From a virus: a DNA stretch of 64,000 nucleotides. The notes beneath the pieces are model-generated. The model saw only the letters and a program-made list of their open reading frames with translations, was not told where the DNA came from and did not search any database. Each line of letters starts with the position of its first letter. Positions within the stretch are counted from its first letter, which is position 1. Position numbers and translations under genes: made by a program. The stretch lies in IMG/VR virus record IMGVR_UViG_3300009110_000335. The stretch is one strand, 5' to 3'. Below, one piece after another: positions 39,091-48,988 of this stretch.

Positions 39091-39573
39091 ATGAATGGAC
39101 ACAACACTCTACGAGCAACTTCTGGAAAACGTTCTCTAAAGAAGAAAGAAGAAGAAGGAAGAAAAGAAGAAGAAATCAAATTCTACTTTGAAACCTTACT
39201 ACAATTCTTCAAGAAAGCCAAAGAAACAGAAGATTACTCACATGAATGGGCAAATAACAAAGCAAAAAGCATGATGGTGCAAATGTTGAACCATTTAGCA
39301 AATTATGCTAAAACTGACAAGCTTGACGAGAAATGCTTACTACAAGTACAACCAACTGTAGACATAATCTTGAAATGGCCCCAAAGCCCATCAAAAAGTG
39401 AGATAAGAACTGTAATCATGGGAACTCATGAAGTTGCTTGCGCATATCTAAAAGGTGAAATTACAATCGAAGATGCACTTGAACAAGCTGGTGAAATCGG
39501 TGCACAAAACAACATCGGCGGTAGTAAATCACTCAATAAAAATATGCGATCCATCATGGAAGCTGACCTTTAG
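39091..39573 (+). CDS. Hypothetical protein
   Basis: In-frame ATG (MNGHNT) within the 167-aa ORF of the track. Confidence 0.6.
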   Translation: MNGHNTLRATSGKRSLKKKEEEGRKEEEIKFYFETLLQFFKKAKETEDYSHEWANNKAKSMMVQMLNHLANYAKTDKLDEKCLLQVQPTVDIILKWPQSPSKSEIRTVIMGTHEVACAYLKGEITIEDALEQAGEIGAQNNIGGSKSLNKNMRSIMEADL

Positions 39574-39603
39574 GTAAGTTTCTAAACAACCTTTATTTTT
39601 TTT

Positions 39604-42087
39604 ATGAAAAAACAAAGAATAGTTAGCGGTAGTAAAGCCGATAACCAAACAAAATCCAGCACACAAACACAAAAAAGAATGTCAATGAAGAATACACATG
39701 AATCTACACTGAAAGAAACGTCAGGTCTTTTTTCCAGTGTAATGACTTCATTTGATGACTTGAACACTGATAGAGAACAAAACGAGTTCACACTATTCTA
39801 CGAGCGAATAGAAGCCGAACAACCTGTACCGTATGAAAAACTATGGTCAACCGATGCTGAGGTAACAAACATTGTCCAAACAACAATGGCAAAACACGAA
39901 GCAAAGGTGGACGAGTCCAAACGGGCAAACACAGCCCCCCCAACCGCCAATCCAAGAGTATGTATCAAATGTGGACACACTCAACCAAAAGGCTGGGAGA
40001 ACAGTATATGTGCATTTAACATGTACAACATACACAGATTGTGTAGCAAATCAAATCTAGCAACTCACAATGAGAAATGTGAGGAATGTAAAGAGATCCT
40101 AAAATCAAAGGCTCTTAACGAGAAAATGCTAGAATCACAAAAACAGGAATGGCTATTCAACGACCACGGAAATCTAGAAGCACATGGCATAGATCCTCAC
40201 TTCCGAAACAAGAAGCGCGGATTGAATGTGATACACCACACTGTATTAGACGAAGAACCAACACAAGAATATGTAGAGGCATTTGACCTTGAAGACGGCG
40301 AAGATACTGATAGTATCCAAAGAGTCAAAATAGGTCATACCTACAACGTTGACAAAGAACTTGGTTCAGAATCCGTCGAAGAAGCACTAGGTGTAAGGAA
40401 TCCGGTCGAAGATCAAATATTTGAAAACTCATATGCAAGCCTAAACCCACTAGAAGGACTGGTCCTCTTTGCAAACACAAATGGTTTAGAAGGCACACTA
40501 CCTCTTATGAACTACAAGTTCGAAGAGAACAAACAACAAATCTCAAGACTCAACCCAATGGACATTGAATATGACTTCAACGAAGGTGTGCCAAACGGTG
40601 CATACATAGTTGACATGGAAGAAGTACTTCGAGTGAAAAGCAGATCCGCTACAGGATACAACCCATATCTTGTAAACACACATACATATGAAACAATTCG
40701 TGAAAGCAACGAATGTGAATGTAAAGAAGGATCAAAGATAGAACGCGAAGTTAAAACTTGGGACAAAGGTAACAAGATAGTTGAGTACAAAGGCTACTCA
40801 GAAAATTGTGGAAGATGTGGCAAAAAGATAGTCTATGAAGAGTCTAGTAGAAACATCAATGACTACCTAAAACTAGGATATGAACTTCCTAAAGGCTTAG
40901 GCAAGATTGAGGCTCAAACATACAACACTGCAGTTGCACCTGTCATGAAGAAATTCATAGGCAATGAAGCAGTAAAAATGTTGTATAGACTACGTAATCG
41001 CATTAGGGCACTAAATACCACAGAAGTTACCAGCAATGAAAAACCTCTAACAAAATCTGATTGGACAGTAAGATCCCTCTTAGAATATGGTGCAACCATT
41101 GACGTACTACAAAAGATACCAAGAGCAGAGAGAATGAAACTCACAACAACCGTGCTAACTATCAAGAGCATGAAGCGAAACATGAGTGACCCAACAAAGA
41201 TCAAATATCTAGAAAACAAGATGAAGACAGCACTTCACATGAATATAGTAAATGTGAACAAAAGTGAGGAATCAGAAAGAGCACTAGTAATTGGTGAATC
41301 ACAACCACCAATGGCAGACTACGGTGCAGGTGCAGAAATTGCAAGAAGAGCTTCCGACATATCAGGATCCGGAATACTTGTCAAACACAACCTAATAATG
41401 AAATGGACAAAGTATGTAGAAACCCACAGATTCGACGACGGCACACCGGTGCTAGATGGCGGATACTGGAAGGTATGGAGAAAGGCAAAAGCAAAAATGG
41501 CACACAAAAGAAATCCTAACAACGTAGTAGTTGTAGGAATAGTAGGTGCCTCACAGATCCCAAGTGATATGAAGAAAGGGTTCAAAGCAAGAATAACACA
41601 AAAGCTCAAAAGCATACAAGCCGAACTAAAGAAACAAAAGAAAGCTATGATTGTAGTGTCAGGCGGTGCAAGAGGCGTAGACAGCTTTGCTGTTGAAATA
41701 GCCGAATCACTAAACATACCAACCGTGGTATTCAACCCAGAAGAACAATCCTGGTCAAAAGGATTCAAGGCAAGAAACCACCTAATAGCAGTACACTCAC
41801 ATAGACTACTCAACTTCGTGTTGAAACAAGGCGAGTACAAACAATGTCCAAAACCAGAATACAACGAACAGACAGGAAAGATGGAATTTGCAAAACCTGA
41901 AGATTGGAAAACCGTCAAGTATGATACAAACTGTACACACTGTATAGATAACACCTCATACCACAAAGACGACAAACCAATTGACCATCAGAAATCTGGA
42001 GGTTGTTACACAAGAAATGTATGCAAAAATGACTACGGTTCTCTACAAACAGAAACAATCACATGCGACTACTCTTCAGTACCTTGA
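39604..42087 (+). CDS. Multidomain protein with C-terminal YspA/DUF2493-like SLOG domain
   Basis: VVGIVGAS...IVVSGGARGVDSFAVEIAESLNIP.VVF.P....W..GFKARN..IA..S. N-terminal Cys/His clusters (CIKC...; CEC...CGRC). Confidence 0.8.
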   Translation: MKKQRIVSGSKADNQTKSSTQTQKRMSMKNTHESTLKETSGLFSSVMTSFDDLNTDREQNEFTLFYERIEAEQPVPYEKLWSTDAEVTNIVQTTMAKHEAKVDESKRANTAPPTANPRVCIKCGHTQPKGWENSICAFNMYNIHRLCSKSNLATHNEKCEECKEILKSKALNEKMLESQKQEWLFNDHGNLEAHGIDPHFRNKKRGLNVIHHTVLDEEPTQEYVEAFDLEDGEDTDSIQRVKIGHTYNVDKELGSESVEEALGVRNPVEDQIFENSYASLNPLEGLVLFANTNGLEGTLPLMNYKFEENKQQISRLNPMDIEYDFNEGVPNGAYIVDMEEVLRVKSRSATGYNPYLVNTHTYETIRESNECECKEGSKIEREVKTWDKGNKIVEYKGYSENCGRCGKKIVYEESSRNINDYLKLGYELPKGLGKIEAQTYNTAVAPVMKKFIGNEAVKMLYRLRNRIRALNTTEVTSNEKPLTKSDWTVRSLLEYGATIDVLQKIPRAERMKLTTTVLTIKSMKRNMSDPTKIKYLENKMKTALHMNIVNVNKSEESERALVIGESQPPMADYGAGAEIARRASDISGSGILVKHNLIMKWTKYVETHRFDDGTPVLDGGYWKVWRKAKAKMAHKRNPNNVVVVGIVGASQIPSDMKKGFKARITQKLKSIQAELKKQKKAMIVVSGGARGVDSFAVEIAESLNIPTVVFNPEEQSWSKGFKARNHLIAVHSHRLLNFVLKQGEYKQCPKPEYNEQTGKMEFAKPEDWKTVKYDTNCTHCIDNTSYHKDDKPIDHQKSGGCYTRNVCKNDYGSLQTETITCDYSSVP

Positions 42088-42144
42088 AGATAGCGCAAAA
42101 CCAACTTTTTTTTATGCTTATCTTATATTATTTCCATTATAGTT

Positions 42145-42288
42145 ATGTCGTTTGTCGGAATTGCCTGTAAGAACTGCGGACGTGCCATGATCTATCATGA
42201 TTGGTATGCAAAGCAAACATGCAAAAGACAATGGAGACAAAAAGTGACATCACAAAAAGGTCAAACTGATATGAGGAGTTATTTCTAA
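42145..42288 (+). CDS. 47-aa CxxC-H-C Zn-finger microprotein
   Basis: MSFVGIACKNCGRAMIYHDWYAKQTC; preceded by a class-2 motif. Confidence 0.55.
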   Translation: MSFVGIACKNCGRAMIYHDWYAKQTCKRQWRQKVTSQKGQTDMRSYF

Positions 42289-42289
42289 A

Positions 42290-43087
42290 ATGAACGCAGA
42301 ACAATATACAACCTTACATAACGAGATGAAATTTAATAAAGGTAGAATACCAAGAAGCTTACCTGAAAACACTATTGTTGTATTTGGATCAAATACCGCA
42401 GGATGGCATGGTGCTGGATTAGCACGTGAGTGTAAAGAATATCATGGCGCAATATACGGTAAAGGACAAGGATTACAAGGTCAATCATATGCTATCCCAA
42501 CAAGAGAGCCAGATCCCTCTAAACCGAAACCTGCTCTAAGAACATTACCATTAAACAAAATAGCTCAGTATGTTCAAATCTTTGTGAAAGGTGTGTTGCT
42601 CTTGCAAACCGCTGTTATGCCCACATACATAATACCACAAATAGGATGTGGCTTTGCAGGTTACAACCCATACCAAATAGCCCCAATGTTCTGGGAACTA
42701 AGAAAGCACCCAAAAGTATTCTTCAACGAGACGTTTAATCAAGTGTTTAAAGAGATAGAATATGGAGATGGAGATGATAAGAATGCTAACGGTACATCAA
42801 GAATGTGGAGAAATTCATTCGGAAACCCCGCAGTTGGAAATTTCATAACATTATTATCAATGCCTAATGACCCAGATCCGATACCATCAGGAAGCCAAGG
42901 AATTGTTGAAAGGGTTGACATTGCAGGTGATGGTGTACAAGGTAAAAAAGAAGGACAAATATCAGTAAAGTGGAATACCTGTGAACCAAGAAGTTTAATG
43001 GTGCTACCTAATGTAGACCAATTTGTTATGGGTCTAAATTGGAATCATGAAACAGATGTTAGCAGATATAAGTGGTATAATGAATAA
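42290..43087 (+). CDS. Macro-like (A1S_2505-type) phage domain fused to DUF4314-like domain
   Basis: IVVFGSNTAGWHGAGLA...GAIYGKGQGLQGQSYAIPT...IGCGFAGY...IAPMF. C-terminus LLSMPNDPDPIPSGSQGIV.RVD...GQISVKW....SLMVLPNVDQF. Confidence 0.75.
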   Translation: MNAEQYTTLHNEMKFNKGRIPRSLPENTIVVFGSNTAGWHGAGLARECKEYHGAIYGKGQGLQGQSYAIPTREPDPSKPKPALRTLPLNKIAQYVQIFVKGVLLLQTAVMPTYIIPQIGCGFAGYNPYQIAPMFWELRKHPKVFFNETFNQVFKEIEYGDGDDKNANGTSRMWRNSFGNPAVGNFITLLSMPNDPDPIPSGSQGIVERVDIAGDGVQGKKEGQISVKWNTCEPRSLMVLPNVDQFVMGLNWNHETDVSRYKWYNE

Positions 43088-43241
43088 TAATAAAAAGCCT
43101 TTTTTCTGTATTTTTTCAATTTTGTGATTCACTTGTTGTGTTCAATCATTCAAGTCAATCATGTTAACATGTGGAGTCGAGCTGGTGATAGAAGGCTTGT
43201 TGCCGAGTCACTGCTCACTTCATTTTAAAGGAATTACACTT

Positions 43242-43652
43242 ATGTCAGAAACACATAACACAACTTCAACCGGAAAATTCCCACGTGCCAACAAAGTGGG
43301 AAAACCCGTCACTGATAAGCAGAGACAGGCTATCGTATCCCAACTTGAAAAAGTTGATATGGCTACAGCCTCTGATATCTTAGACATGCTTTCAAACGCA
43401 TCTCTAGCACAGAAATCAGATCCTGAAAAGGAAGGTCCAATCAGTGATTACCAAGCAGGAGAGCTTGCAAAACTCTGCCCTTCAAGAAGCGTAGAAACCA
43501 TCAAAGCCAAAATCACCGAAGCACATGGTGAGGAAGGTTACAAATGGACATACAAACTCTTAGGTCGCGTCTTTGTAAAAGACCAAAGCCAAGAAGACAG
43601 AGAGAAAGCAACTGCTGAAGTAGTCGCTGAGATTGACGCAGTATTCGCATAG
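43242..43652 (+). CDS. Hypothetical protein with TDKQ..AI helical repeats
   Basis: In-frame ATG (MSETHN). PVTDKQRQAI and PISDYQAGEL repeats. Confidence 0.65.
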   Translation: MSETHNTTSTGKFPRANKVGKPVTDKQRQAIVSQLEKVDMATASDILDMLSNASLAQKSDPEKEGPISDYQAGELAKLCPSRSVETIKAKITEAHGEEGYKWTYKLLGRVFVKDQSQEDREKATAEVVAEIDAVFA

Positions 43653-43698
43653 ACGTGAATAATGAATCAACCACTTATCAAAATCCCTTTTTTTACTT

Positions 43699-44067
43699 AT
43701 GAATTATAAATTGAATCCGCAATTCTACAGGAAGCATATCACAAATGGTCTTATCAAACAGACCATGAGAGTGTTTGTCTTACTACCAATGAAAAAGACC
43801 CCGCATGAATGCGAATTATGTCAATCATTCAATAGTAACATATTGATTAAACACAAGGTAGACCATGATCTTTATCACTGCCTGAATAAATTTTTGATAC
43901 TAGAATACATAAAAGTTACAGAAGACGATAAAAACCTAATAAGATATTTGGATAGAAAATGGTTAAAGATAGGACCAAGACTTATAGAAGAGTTCAAAAG
44001 GATGGATGCTGATAGTTGTGGCGAATGTAGTCAACAACGTGAAAGCATTCCTATCCGTTACAGATGA
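43699..44067 (+). CDS. Hypothetical Cys/His-containing protein
   Basis: CELC...KHKVDH motif. Confidence 0.55.
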   Translation: MNYKLNPQFYRKHITNGLIKQTMRVFVLLPMKKTPHECELCQSFNSNILIKHKVDHDLYHCLNKFLILEYIKVTEDDKNLIRYLDRKWLKIGPRLIEEFKRMDADSCGECSQQRESIPIRYR

Positions 44068-44192
44068 GCTTTATACGTTAGAGTAATATGGAGTTAGTAT
44101 AATTGCACGGAAAAATTTGGATACCTTACAGACATAAATCAGACGATGAAGAATCTGAAGATGATTCCACATCGGATTAAATCAGTCTTACA

Positions 44193-44209
44193 TTTTTTCC
44201 ATTATAGTT
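44193..44209 (+). promoter_or_regulatory. Class-2 (putative early) promoter/leader motif TTTTTTCCATTATAGTT
   Basis: Near-identical copies occur at 42131, 50468, 53981, 55830, 61269 and 47993, mostly right after a stop codon and just before a start codon. Confidence 0.6.
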
Positions 44210-44212
44210 TTG

Positions 44213-44563
44213 ATGTCCTTTGATCGACAATGTCCTAAATGCTTGGAATATCTTGATACATTAACATGTGATTCATGTGGACTTGTGGACCTTCACAAGT
44301 GCCCTGAAGCAAGAATTGAACAAGACACAAAAGACGGATATACTATTTTTACCTCACACCTAGTTGATAATCACGGAAGTGATACATGCCCTCTATGGTA
44401 TGAGACAATGATAACTACCCCATGCGGTGACTTTATGGAATACCAGACACGCTGCGAAACAAGGATAGAAGCGATGAAAATGCATCAAGACGCTTTAGAT
44501 TATCTAAATGAATTTGGTCCACCAAGGTGGAAAGGTTGGAGGAAATTTTTAGGATTAAAATGA
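44213..44563 (+). CDS. Double Zn-ribbon protein
   Basis: CPKC...CDSC motif. Confidence 0.65.
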   Translation: MSFDRQCPKCLEYLDTLTCDSCGLVDLHKCPEARIEQDTKDGYTIFTSHLVDNHGSDTCPLWYETMITTPCGDFMEYQTRCETRIEAMKMHQDALDYLNEFGPPRWKGWRKFLGLK

Positions 44564-44600
44564 CAGAAAATATGTGTAATAAATGTGGAAGTGAACAATA

Positions 44601-45158
44601 ATGGGATTTGATATATACGGACTTGATCCTGTCATACATGACGGAGTGGTAAAGCCCGAAATGAGTGATGAAGAGTTTAAAGAAATAGCTGAAAGTGAAG
44701 ACCCTGTTAAAAAAAAGAGAGTTGAAGAATATTTTAATGAAATGGAAAAATATGAATCCGCCAACATTGGATTTTACTTTAGAAATAATGTATGGTGGTG
44801 GAGACCAATTGCAATGATTATTGAAGAGAGTTGTAAAGATTTGTTAACTAAAAAGCAGGTTGAAGGACTTCATATGAACGACGGTGTAAAGTATCCAAAG
44901 GAACTTGCATTGGAGATTGCACGTAGACTCGATGAAATGGTAGAAGCAGGAATGACAAACCAATATGTAAAACCTGCCCAACATGAATTGAATACTACCG
45001 CAGATACGTTCAGAAATCGAAAAGGCGTAGAAGGATTGTTGAGTAACCTTGGCATTAAAAGCATTGAAGATGAATCTGAAAAATATCCATTTGATATGAA
45101 TAATATGAAAAACTTTATTGCATTTGCAAAAGAATCTGGAGGGTTTCAGATATGGTAG
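44601..45158 (+). CDS. Conserved phage hypothetical protein
   Basis: MGFDIYG...YFRNNVWWWRP...YPF...N.K.FI.FAKESGGFQIW, a motif I recognise from aquatic phage proteins. Confidence 0.7.
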   Translation: MGFDIYGLDPVIHDGVVKPEMSDEEFKEIAESEDPVKKKRVEEYFNEMEKYESANIGFYFRNNVWWWRPIAMIIEESCKDLLTKKQVEGLHMNDGVKYPKELALEIARRLDEMVEAGMTNQYVKPAQHELNTTADTFRNRKGVEGLLSNLGIKSIEDESEKYPFDMNNMKNFIAFAKESGGFQIW

Positions 45159-45394
45159 ATGAAGAATTACTAGAGAGAGAAAATAAGATCAAACGTGGCT
45201 TCCAAAATGTCAATGGTGTGATACCCCCAACAAATGATGCAGAGGTAGAAGTAGCAATGGAAGAATTGGATAATATTGAGTTAAACCGAATTAGGCAAGC
45301 AAAACTAAATTTCCTAAAAAGGCTAAGTGAAGAAAACAAAATGGAGATTATACAATATAAGAGAGTTATGGAGGAACTTGGTTTCTATGATTGA
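45152..45394 (+). CDS. Hypothetical protein
   Basis: 80-aa ORF overlapping both neighbours. Confidence 0.6.
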   Translation: MVDEELLERENKIKRGFQNVNGVIPPTNDAEVEVAMEELDNIELNRIRQAKLNFLKRLSEENKMEIIQYKRVMEELGFYD

Positions 45395-45713
45395 TCCGAC
45401 TAAAGGATGGGACAAGTACATGTTCATACGCGAGAACTGTCGACATGGTGTCAATGTTTCAGATAAGGCACATGAGTTATTGGATATGAAAGGAAAATTA
45501 GGTATTGGTAAAAATGACTGTCCAGTATGGGATAGAATTGCCACCGAAATATTAGAATCTATGTCTAAAGGAGAACCAATGGAAGCACAACGTAAAAAGA
45601 TAAAACAAGTAATGGCGCATACTAAAACATGTCAACATAAGGCATGTGTAAAATCAAGAGAATTGTTACCAAGTGAATTTTTCAAAGACATAAGTGATGA
45701 GGATATGGAATAA
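45387..45713 (+). CDS. Hypothetical protein
   Basis: In-frame ATG (MIDPTK); scattered Cys/His. Confidence 0.6.
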   Translation: MIDPTKGWDKYMFIRENCRHGVNVSDKAHELLDMKGKLGIGKNDCPVWDRIATEILESMSKGEPMEAQRKKIKQVMAHTKTCQHKACVKSRELLPSEFFKDISDEDME

Positions 45714-46180
45714 TGCCTGTTGAGACACCTAGAAATGTAGCATACTTCACCCCTGAAGAACGTGCCAAATACTATCCAAGAATGGGTAAATACACAAGAG
45801 ATGAATTACTTGACGCCTCATTTGTAAAGGCAAAACTTGAGAGTGGTGATGTACCACCAAATGTTGAATTTATGTGGATTAAGGTTGATCGTGTAAACGA
45901 AAAAACTGTTGAAGGTAAAATCGATAATCTAGCAGTGTATGTTGGATATCAAGTAGGTGATAAGATTGAAGTGTCATATGACCAAATTGCACAGATTATG
46001 TCTGAAAGTAAAAAGAATTGGTTTCAATGTAGTCTTTGTACAGACAGATTTGATATGAACGATCCGTCCTTACATTCAAGATTAAAGGCACATGAAGAGC
46101 AAAAGCACAACCCATTAAAGAAACGTGCTTCATCTAACACAAGAACTGGAAAAGTATACTGGAGGCTTGAACAAGATTGA
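45713..46180 (+). CDS. DUF2314(YegJ)-like domain plus C2H2 Zn finger
   Basis: EFMWIKVD....VEGKIDN......GDKIEVSYDQI, then FQCSLC...LKAHEEQKH. Confidence 0.55.
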   Translation: MPVETPRNVAYFTPEERAKYYPRMGKYTRDELLDASFVKAKLESGDVPPNVEFMWIKVDRVNEKTVEGKIDNLAVYVGYQVGDKIEVSYDQIAQIMSESKKNWFQCSLCTDRFDMNDPSLHSRLKAHEEQKHNPLKKRASSNTRTGKVYWRLEQD

Positions 46181-46270
46181 TGTGTAGAATACCTGGATGT
46201 GAAAACGAAACAGAATATGATATAGATTATTGGTGTGAAGAACACTGGAAAAAATTTGACAATATGGTAA

Positions 46271-46561
46271 ATGAAAATGAAGATTAAAGATTACGGTGGA
46301 CATACTATTGATGGACATACTGTTATGCCTAGAGTGACAAATAATGGAACTAGAATGACACCTAATAAAGATAAGATGATAAACAAAGCAGACTTGATAC
46401 ATCAAATTGTTGAAAGAATTAGAGTTAATGTGCCAGCCAACCAGACATTGACCAACAGTATGCTTGATAGTATAAAAGAACAAGCTGATGAAATCCTCAT
46501 GCTAGCAAACGTTGCAAGAGGCGAGAAAGAACTTGAGATATGGAGAAGTGGGAAATGGTAA
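46271..46561 (+). CDS. Hypothetical protein
   Basis: 96-aa ORF. Confidence 0.6.
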   Translation: MKMKIKDYGGHTIDGHTVMPRVTNNGTRMTPNKDKMINKADLIHQIVERIRVNVPANQTLTNSMLDSIKEQADEILMLANVARGEKELEIWRSGKW

Positions 46562-47139
46562 AAATAAAAGATAATGAAGGTAAACCAATTAGGGTAGACG
46601 GCAGTGATGATATTCCTGACGATACTGTTGTGGCTTTTAATCCAGAGACAGGTGAACAATGGAATGATATCACTGACGCAAATCAGATTGGAATATGTTT
46701 TTTCAAGGACTTGAGAGACCAGTCAAAATATGACAAGGAATTGTGGAAAAAATTAATGCAAGTTGGTTTAAAACTTGAATCGAATACAAAGAATCTCGAA
46801 CATGAATTACCATCACCATTCATAGATACGATCTTACAGACTCTAGCAATATATGGTGCTGACGGTAAAATGATTGACAGAATGATACATGATTTGACAG
46901 TTGCAAAATATAGAATATTTGACTGGCTAGGAATGTGTCTAACAGGAAGGCTAGAAGTAGATCCTTCGCACGGTGCATACAAATGTATAGTGAGTATGGT
47001 AAAACTCTACATTGCACAGAAACATGTGGGTGGCTGGGCATGGTGGCTACGAGGTCATGATATGTTTGTACAGAAACCAGGATATTGCAAAGACTGTATT
47101 GATTCGTATGAGGATTGGATGAAGGAGCAATTAGCATAA
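46540..47139 (+). CDS. Hypothetical protein
   Basis: 199-aa ORF with C-terminal H...CKDC. Confidence 0.65.
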   Translation: MEKWEMVKIKDNEGKPIRVDGSDDIPDDTVVAFNPETGEQWNDITDANQIGICFFKDLRDQSKYDKELWKKLMQVGLKLESNTKNLEHELPSPFIDTILQTLAIYGADGKMIDRMIHDLTVAKYRIFDWLGMCLTGRLEVDPSHGAYKCIVSMVKLYIAQKHVGGWAWWLRGHDMFVQKPGYCKDCIDSYEDWMKEQLA

Positions 47140-47381
47140 TGTTACAATGTGATATATGTAAAAAACATAATTCGATATTCATGTGTCCTGAAGAATATAA
47201 AACAGGATTAAAAGAACATCAAAAATTCCATGACCCAAAAATGCAAGATGAATTAAAGAAAGAACGCAATGAAGTGAAACAAGGTGGATACAAATCAGTA
47301 CTGGCTGATGTAGATATAGAAAAAGTATATGGATTAGGAACAATAAATTGGATAAAAGTACCAGAGGAGGAACCGAAATGA
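47139..47381 (+). CDS. C2H2-like Zn-finger protein
   Basis: MLQCDIC...LKEHQKFH; TAATG overlap. Confidence 0.6.
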   Translation: MLQCDICKKHNSIFMCPEEYKTGLKEHQKFHDPKMQDELKKERNEVKQGGYKSVLADVDIEKVYGLGTINWIKVPEEEPK

Positions 47382-47983
47382 GTGCAATTAGTTTATTTGA
47401 ACGTATGAGGGAAAATCGACCGACATTCGTTTACTTTAAGGAATTACAAAATATTGACTATCCAAAATTATTTACCTCAATGAAATCTGCCAAACGAGGT
47501 CAAGACGAAATTGACATATTTGCAAATATATGTATGAAATTAAAACAAGAGGCAATGACAACACCTGCGATAGCAGAAATGTTTCCACTGATATCACTTG
47601 CAGTAGAAAAAGATGAGAAAGTATGGTTCTTTGAACTGATGGGTGTAGAAGGGCAACAAAGTCCTATGGAATGGGTTGAACCTCTCACTAGAGTGTTTAA
47701 TCCGAATATGTTTGTGGTACTTGCAGAATCATGGTATATTACTGAAAAGGCACCTAAAGGAAAAAGTTCCTTGAACGATTATGCACCTGGTGATATATCC
47801 AAAAGTAAAGATAGACATGAATGTCTTATTGTAGATGGAAGAACACGCAACGGAGATAAATCACATGTGATATTAGAAGTCAAACGTGGTAAGAATAATA
47901 ATATAAGATTCAAAGAAATTTATACCGATAAAGTCAAAGAGGGAAAATTTAATGCAAGATATGATATGGATCCCGAAAAATGA
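47378..47983 (+). CDS. Hypothetical protein
   Basis: ATG after GAGGAGGAACCGAA (SD); 201 aa. Confidence 0.7.
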   Translation: MSAISLFERMRENRPTFVYFKELQNIDYPKLFTSMKSAKRGQDEIDIFANICMKLKQEAMTTPAIAEMFPLISLAVEKDEKVWFFELMGVEGQQSPMEWVEPLTRVFNPNMFVVLAESWYITEKAPKGKSSLNDYAPGDISKSKDRHECLIVDGRTRNGDKSHVILEVKRGKNNNIRFKEIYTDKVKEGKFNARYDMDPEK

Positions 47984-48016
47984 TGTCCTCTATTTTTTCA
48001 TGGGCAGTGATTAGTT

Positions 48017-48988
48017 TTGGGTAAACCTTCAGTGAAAGTCGGCGATAAGGATCCGCAAGATATTCCATTAGAACTTCCTATGAGTATTATGAGAGTTCTT
48101 GTTGAGATGTATTACGACTTCCAAAAGACAAGAATAGAAGCGGGAAACCGTGCCTTAATGAATGCCGAAAGAAATAGCATTACTGAGGAAGACCTTGAGA
48201 AATATGGTGTCAAAGACATCTTTGATGCGGCAAAGAAATTTGAAGGCGCAATACAGAAACGTATCGAAGTTGACCTTCCTAACAAAGCAATTTTTAAGAA
48301 TTATCTAGATAGTATCCAAGGAATTGGACCAATACTTACTGCAGGCTGTATGGCATATGTAGAAGATATTGAAAGATTCGATAAGGTTAGTGCACTATGG
48401 CAATATTCTGGATATGGTCAAAACACATTCTGTCCTGACTGTTCCACAGATAAGACGAAAGCATGGACATATGTTGACGTTGAATATGAGGGAGCCGATG
48501 GTAAAACAAAGAAAGTGAAACGATTACGTCCATCTAAAACATGTAACAAATGTGGTCATGACACAGAGAATGCAAGACAGCAAAACTCAGCAGGATTTCA
48601 AAGTAACTGGAATCCAAAGATCAAGGTGTTATTCTGGAAGGCAGCAACTAGTTTCATGAAACAACAATCTGCAAAAAGCGGATATAGAAAATTGTATGAA
48701 CAATACAAACGTGAACTAAGGACAAAATTCCCATCAAAACTTAAAGATAAAAACGGTAAAACAAAATATAACGATGGTCATATCAACAACATGGCTCTGA
48801 GAAAGGTCTCAAAGGTATTCATGCAACATGTATGGATAGTCTGGAGACAGATCGATGGTCACACAATATCTAAACCATATGGTGCGACTGGAGCCAATCA
48901 CACCTACTTGGAGCCATTTGTTGATAAACCAAACAAAGAATTTGATAAAATTTTGAAGGAGATTCAAAAGAGTCTAAAGGGGGTGTAA
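48017..48988 (+). CDS. tasA: Nop-domain (IS110/Nop5/Prp31 superfamily) RNA-guided DNA-binding protein, TasA-like, no RuvC, with Zn-ribbon insertion
   Basis: Coiled-coil LVEMYYDFQKTRIEAGNR and HhH YLDSIQGIGPILTAG..AYVEDIERFDKVSALWQYSGY. Insertion CPDC...CNKC, then NWNPKIK..FWK.A.SFMK...YRKLYEQYK...GHINNMALRKVSKVFMQHVWIVWR. No N-terminal DEDD domain. Adjacent 36-nt dual-spacer array. Confidence 0.85.
   Translation: MGKPSVKVGDKDPQDIPLELPMSIMRVLVEMYYDFQKTRIEAGNRALMNAERNSITEEDLEKYGVKDIFDAAKKFEGAIQKRIEVDLPNKAIFKNYLDSIQGIGPILTAGCMAYVEDIERFDKVSALWQYSGYGQNTFCPDCSTDKTKAWTYVDVEYEGADGKTKKVKRLRPSKTCNKCGHDTENARQQNSAGFQSNWNPKIKVLFWKAATSFMKQQSAKSGYRKLYEQYKRELRTKFPSKLKDKNGKTKYNDGHINNMALRKVSKVFMQHVWIVWRQIDGHTISKPYGATGANHTYLEPFVDKPNKEFDKILKEIQKSLKGV

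Noticed and set aside
48017-48988. Ordinary IS110/IS116 transposase (mobile element)
   Set aside because: It lacks the N-terminal DEDD RuvC-like domain, occurs once, sits in a coupled viral operon and is followed by a multi-unit guide array.
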